In this document: positions 60,201 to 64,000 of the stretch, piece after piece
How positions within the stretch are numbered: position 1 is the stretch's first letter
How the letters are laid out: each line of letters starts with the position of its first letter
NCBI GenBank assembly: GCA_963696385.1
Contig: CAVOKF010000004.1
Span: forward strand, 384,001-448,000
From: an uncultured delta proteobacterium
Lineage (GTDB): Bacteria > Myxococcota_A > Polyangia > Polyangiales > Polyangiaceae
Direction of reading: 5' to 3'
DNA: 64,000 nucleotides
Made by a program: the position numbers and the translations under genes
Notes under the pieces: generated by a model
The model's database searches: none
The model's input: the letters and a program-made list of their open reading frames with translations, nothing else
What the model was told of the DNA's origin: nothing

Positions 60201-60670
60201 TCCCCCTGGATCGACTGCCGGCTGACGAGCGCGATCCGGTCCCGATCGATCCATTCGGCCTGTAGCGCGGCGGCCGGGTCCTGGAGGCACGTGCGCCCGT
60301 CGCCCTGCGGGAGGCGACGGACGCACAGCTGTCCCGAGGCACTCTCGCCGAACGAGATGTACAGCAGTGACCTCCCATCCGGGCTCACCCGCGGCCATGT
60401 GACGTCCGCGCCGTCGTCGAAGAGCTGCCGCGCGCGCCCGTCGGCCACGCTCTGCGCGAAGATTTGTTGGGTCGTGTCGCGGTTCGACACGAAGTAGAGC
60501 GTCTTGCCGTCCGGCCCGAGCTGACCCAGCAGATCGTCGGCCACGTCCACAGTCAGGCGCTCGGGCGTCACGAGATCGTCGTCGTCCACGTTGTCGGCCG
60601 ACGCACGCCCTGCGACGAGGGACGCGGTCAGCGCGAGGGCGGCGGCCGTCAGGGCTCGCGGCTTCAGCAC
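57248..60670 (-). CDS. exported TolB-like beta-propeller + long TPR/alpha-solenoid protein
   Basis: Signal peptide ending ASA; PDGKTLYFVS, PRVSPDGRSL, PAISPDGRWL, PVFAKDGRSL; DTNRDGTVD Ca-loop; long helical C-terminal region. Confidence 0.8.
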   Translation of the reverse strand: MLKPRALTAAALALTASLVAGRASADNVDDDDLVTPERLTVDVADDLLGQLGPDGKTLYFVSNRDTTQQIFAQSVADGRARQLFDDGADVTWPRVSPDGRSLLYISFGESASGQLCVRRLPQGDGRTCLQDPAAALQAEWIDRDRIALVSRQSIQGDLRVLEVTMGSTLSARPLLDRNLTSPAISPDGRWLVYVPVARTVRAVGPAFAAHAAQAIEAVPLASAATAQPTALVLALPGQTGQPVFAKDGRSLYVVQFFTDTNRDGTVDASDHGVLFRVPISFATGTPVVGSPEQLTETSWNCEYPAPFVDRLIATCSRDASLDVYSLPLDGEVPASWTMPMLVNAIDDADTLVEEQMLSSLRLSRETSAAGRRRAMLALVLVHLEREEFPAAQYYAEQVDTLRDEATAGISLPLRMLVAERQAERRREQGRMMEGFRVEAQARLDRLHADAAESPMAEDLTHLARSEIFDSIGEKAKARHELEAVTVDETTPAPIVEAYYQQVDAFYRQVDDREALIAACRKLSANGALRPDDQLRYARAAVRAMVRGLAYGEADARLVRERAGATPLEGEWVFAIDLARDVLAIRDSHAPQAVGDALLALYAAQTRPGRRRALIVDAVQRADDVDADDVLDALVQRDIRDVKRGTHERGETEDVYERLILARAYERVAAKRYGDARDDFDAVAEQTGSLEADVGAIDMRLKLGDPPGAIEARYDPRAVLPARAHFAKAYLIARHLQTLNGEAHAKASAAALAALDASWSDLKQERMAQALFGALLHEQYLHTGDLGAAEGANAHYLIALELVADNARLRAMILGELGLLHTDVGNYRIALAYLLERDELPYTDNPEGLDVLLSKAQALLHVGRDAEAAAAGDAALAMIARKRALAPYRLLALDWAAVDHLAAEHFARALALYDEEIPLLDASRAPMAARNRVVARFSRAASAVGANKPSRALADLDDVNKRLGDPRTVATLQWPHATPDQVVRAYRLIASGLRAKANRELGRLDAAAQAIGQRHAILEQQLRETNRVEIEREEMLAEAQLALNASERHDAAATRNWLGRALARADDLHARAHGVSDKEQLDVLWLTAELTVSVGGPLVVNLPKRIEAAAAELAARREPSLKSYERWLEIYGPLVTGFDRE

Positions 60671-61209
60671 GACTTTTCTTGCCACCTTCCGTCTTGCCCT
60701 TGGACCCATCCGCCGCAGACCACGTTTTTCACGTGTCCGTCGCGCCACGCGCGCTCCAGCGCCCCTTCCCCGACGTCGGTGCGCTGCTCGTGCATCCACC
60801 GCCAAAGCTGGCGCCGTGCGCGGTTCACCCGCTCGAGCAGGGTCTGAGCCTCCTCGGCGTCGGCGGCCCCTTTGCACGCGTCGCGCGTTTCGACAATCAG
60901 CCCGTCCTTGCCCTCGCCGACGCAATGCTGCGCCAGCAGCCCGTCGAGCCGATCGGCATCGGTGAGATCGCTCTCGTCGACGAGCGGCGCCGGTCGAATG
61001 CCGAGCGCGGCGAGCTGGTCGGAGGTCAGCGGCACCGGACGCGGCTCGATCGCCGCGCGATCCAGCTCGAGTTCGAGATCGTCGAACGAGCCCGAGGCCT
61101 GCTGCTCGAGGGCCGTCGCTCGATCGACCATCACGATCTCGGGCGGTTTGAAGCACCCGGTGAGTCCGGACAGGGCGACAATCACGGCGATGACGAGGAC
61201 TCGATTCAT
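60664..61209 (-). CDS. lipoprotein, DUF1318/YdbL-like
   Basis: Lipobox LTGC; VGEGKDGLI...NRARRQLW...GWVQGQDGRW. Confidence 0.7.
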   Translation of the reverse strand: MNRVLVIAVIVALSGLTGCFKPPEIVMVDRATALEQQASGSFDDLELELDRAAIEPRPVPLTSDQLAALGIRPAPLVDESDLTDADRLDGLLAQHCVGEGKDGLIVETRDACKGAADAEEAQTLLERVNRARRQLWRWMHEQRTDVGEGALERAWRDGHVKNVVCGGWVQGQDGRWQEKSC

Positions 61210-64000
61210 GGCGGCTCCTTCCGGTCGGGCCCGGCGAGCACGGGCGCGAGCATCTTGTCGACGATGGGTCCCATCGGAATTCCGCGCAGCTCGCCGATGC
61301 GGATGAGGCGCGCGAGCCCCCCGAGCTCCAGGCGGGCGCTCGCGAAGCCGTGGTCGAAGACGAGGCGCAACGTATCCGGATAGCCGAAGGCGAGCGCGGT
61401 GCGGATTCGGTTCATCGCCGGATCGACGTGAAGCGGGTCCTGCAAGTCGAGCAGATCGAGCAAGTGGCGCGCACCGATGCGAAGAATCACGGCCCGCCCG
61501 TCGATGGTGCGATCGGCGGCGGAGATGGCGACCTCGATGTTGCCGTCGAACGGCTCGCCATGGGACGACTGGACGCCACTCGCACGGACGTGCAGTTCGA
61601 GGGTCGACTTGGGGCCGTTCCAGGCGATGCCGCACTGGCCGGTGATGGTCCCGCCGCGGACCCCCATCTCGAACTGCCGAAGCGAGATCACGTTTTGTTC
61701 GACCTCGAGATTGCCGACCAGTGGCGCAATCAATACAAATGGCGTCTTCAGGCGCGCTAGCGAGAGAAAGCCGCTGCGGCTGAGCAGGGGGTGCTGATCG
61801 GCGAAGCGGAGCATCGAATAGGGGCTCTGCTTGTCGTTGCGCTCGAGAGACACGCCGTTTTCGCCGACCTCGAGCGCCACCGTGATCGGCACCTCGCCGT
61901 TCGCGCTCTCGACGTCGATCCCCATGCGGGACAGGGTCACGGTGACGTCCTCACCCTTCACCGCGGCCCGCACCTGGTAGTGCGTGAGATCCGGCGACGT
62001 GACGTTGGCCTCCACCGCGATCTTGCCCCGCCCCTTGAACCGCTCGGGGATCTTCGACAGTCGCTCGAGATCCTGGGTCAGCGACGCGGTGGCCGACAGG
62101 GTGCGGCGCCCTTCGCCCAGGTCGACGTTGCCGCGGACCCCAAACGCCGTTCCCCCCAAGCCGTTCGCGACGTTCATGTCCGAGATGTGCACCACCCCCT
62201 CCGGGCTGCGTTCGGCCGAGAGCGCGAGTGTGAGATCGCCGAGCGGATACTCGGGGACGACCGTCTGCTCGACGGCGCGGATGGTGCTGCGTTCGGTGAG
62301 ATCGATCTCCGGGTGGGCGATGTCGCCACTGACTGCAACGCTCGTATGCTCGCTGATCCCGTTGAGGTCGACGTCGCGGCTTCCGAGATCGAGGTGCAAC
62401 GTGCCGACCTCGGTGCGGCCGTCCAGGGTACGGCGCGTCCCCGACGCGCGCATGTCGCCGTGCCACGTTACGACGGGCGCGACGATCGCGCTGCCTCCTT
62501 TGGCCCAACGGAAGTGAGCGACCCGAACGTCGGCCGTTCCTTCGACCGCTGCGGTGCGCGAAGGACTCGGCGCGACAGCAATCGTCGCATCGCGCGCAAC
62601 CCCCGCGACGACCCCGAGGAGCGCTCCGCGGGCCGAGAGTCCAATCTCCAGCTGCGAAAGATCGAAGGCGTCGAGACCGTGCACGCGTGCGGCCAGCGGC
62701 GCAAGCCCAGAGAGCGCCGCGAGATGCCCGTCGATCGCGTACGCGAGGGCCCGCCGCGACGGCTCGAAGGACAGCGACCCGGACAGTTGCGCGGTCGCGC
62801 GGCCCTCGGTCGCCAGCTGGAATTCGAGCGACGGGCGCTTGCGGTTCACGGCAGCCGAGATCGTGACGTGCTCGTCGCCCGGGCTGCCGTTGCCGACGGC
62901 GAGCCGCTGCGCACGCAAATCCAAGCGGGCCTCGTGCGCGAGCATCGTCCCTTGCGATTGGAGGGTCAGCGACAGCGACCGCGCGGTGACGGTGTCGAAC
63001 CCGGGGCGATCGACGTCGACCTCGGTCGTCTGTCGCACAACGGGAGTCCCTCCGCTCAGAGGCTCGACGTGACCGTTCAATCGCACGGCGAGCGTCATTC
63101 GATCCCACGGAATTCGATTCCATGGAGCCACGTCGGTCCGAGCGGCAGGCAAAAGCGGCCGGATGGCCTTCAGGCTCGCCGCCGCAGCGTCGAGCGCGAA
63201 GTCGACCGCGTCCGTCCCCTTCGTGGCGTCGAGCGACGCCCGCATGTCGCCTAGCGCGACGACAGCGTGGACCACGCCTCCACTCGCCGCCGGGTCGGCG
63301 ACATCGAATTCGAGGTCGTGGGCCCGGGCTTCGATTCGCGCCGGAGCGTCCACGAACATGGTGCCATCGTGGCCCATCACACGGATCCGGGACACGGGCG
63401 CCTCGAGCTCGACGGCGTAGGGACCGTGCCCGTCGAGCCGCGTGTGCGCGCGCAGGGTCAGCCCATCGACCATCGTGCGCGTCCCCGGGGAACGCAGGTC
63501 GAGCGAGGCCAGGTCGAAGGACAGGGCAAAGTCGCCTCGTGCGGCCAGCGGCCCAGCGATGGCGGGATGCAGCCCATGGACGCGCAACTCGACGCGACCG
63601 TTCCTCAGGACGACCGGCCGGGTGCCTGCGCGATCCAGGCGCGCAACGCGCAATCCGATGCGGCCCGCGACGACCCCATCGGCCCCCTGCTGCCCCTCGA
63701 AATCGGCGGAGACGTCGTCCGCGGCGAGACCGTCCTCACCCAACCCGACACGCGTCCCCATGATCCTCACCGACCCCCGGCCGGAGAGGGCTCCCTCCCC
63801 CGCCGGCTGCGCGCGCAGCGAGACCTGCGCTCCACCGATGTCGAGCGGCCCAGCGGGAGCGTGAATCGCCACGTTCGACAGCTGCGCGTCGACGGCAACC
63901 GACCCCCCCGCGGACAAATGGACGACCGGTCCCGTGACGAGGGAATCGACGCGGTAGCGCACCCGGGCGCGTTCGGCGGTCACGGGGACGAGGCCGGCGG
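61206..64000 (-). CDS. large AsmA-like/YdbH-TamB-type beta-strand protein (5' truncated by the window edge)
   Basis: More than 925 aa of repeated amphipathic beta strands; ATGA overlap with the DUF1318-like gene. Confidence 0.65.
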   Translation of the reverse strand, partial: AGLVPVTAERARVRYRVDSLVTGPVVHLSAGGSVAVDAQLSNVAIHAPAGPLDIGGAQVSLRAQPAGEGALSGRGSVRIMGTRVGLGEDGLAADDVSADFEGQQGADGVVAGRIGLRVARLDRAGTRPVVLRNGRVELRVHGLHPAIAGPLAARGDFALSFDLASLDLRSPGTRTMVDGLTLRAHTRLDGHGPYAVELEAPVSRIRVMGHDGTMFVDAPARIEARAHDLEFDVADPAASGGVVHAVVALGDMRASLDATKGTDAVDFALDAAAASLKAIRPLLPAARTDVAPWNRIPWDRMTLAVRLNGHVEPLSGGTPVVRQTTEVDVDRPGFDTVTARSLSLTLQSQGTMLAHEARLDLRAQRLAVGNGSPGDEHVTISAAVNRKRPSLEFQLATEGRATAQLSGSLSFEPSRRALAYAIDGHLAALSGLAPLAARVHGLDAFDLSQLEIGLSARGALLGVVAGVARDATIAVAPSPSRTAAVEGTADVRVAHFRWAKGGSAIVAPVVTWHGDMRASGTRRTLDGRTEVGTLHLDLGSRDVDLNGISEHTSVAVSGDIAHPEIDLTERSTIRAVEQTVVPEYPLGDLTLALSAERSPEGVVHISDMNVANGLGGTAFGVRGNVDLGEGRRTLSATASLTQDLERLSKIPERFKGRGKIAVEANVTSPDLTHYQVRAAVKGEDVTVTLSRMGIDVESANGEVPITVALEVGENGVSLERNDKQSPYSMLRFADQHPLLSRSGFLSLARLKTPFVLIAPLVGNLEVEQNVISLRQFEMGVRGGTITGQCGIAWNGPKSTLELHVRASGVQSSHGEPFDGNIEVAISAADRTIDGRAVILRIGARHLLDLLDLQDPLHVDPAMNRIRTALAFGYPDTLRLVFDHGFASARLELGGLARLIRIGELRGIPMGPIVDKMLAPVLAGPDRKEPP

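Overview
GC-rich, gene-dense chromosomal window. Gene content and protein style (many Cys-rich lipoproteins, a VWA/CglB-like protein, carboxypeptidase-regulatory+PDZ protein, Hpt-REC-PEGA protein) point to a myxobacterium, probably Polyangiales (inference). Housekeeping genes include fbaB, queE, coaD, purine nucleoside phosphorylase, cdd, proB, dnaA (with an upstream DnaA-box pair but no dnaN nearby), aspS and miaE. The most striking locus is a sigma54-preceded three-gene cluster at 6.7-13.2 kb. It encodes two hydrazine-synthase-alpha-like beta-propeller/multiheme lipoproteins (6 putative heme motifs, 3 non-canonical) flanking an exported CxxC+HEAT-repeat protein. Other notable items: a DEDDh exonuclease-WYL fusion; a GS-like/Fe-ADH pair next to an exported discoidin+class I amidotransferase; a YdbH/YnbE/YdbL-like operon extended by a TolB-TPR protein; several apparent pseudoenzymes; two adjacent structured MITE-like elements; a 19-bp VNTR; and recurrent leaderless-type promoters (TANNNT-N6/7-start). 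Four genes carry single +1 frameshifts, probably sequencing errors. No rRNA, tRNA, CRISPR array or transposase was recognised. All family assignments come from motif recognition by eye, not database searches.
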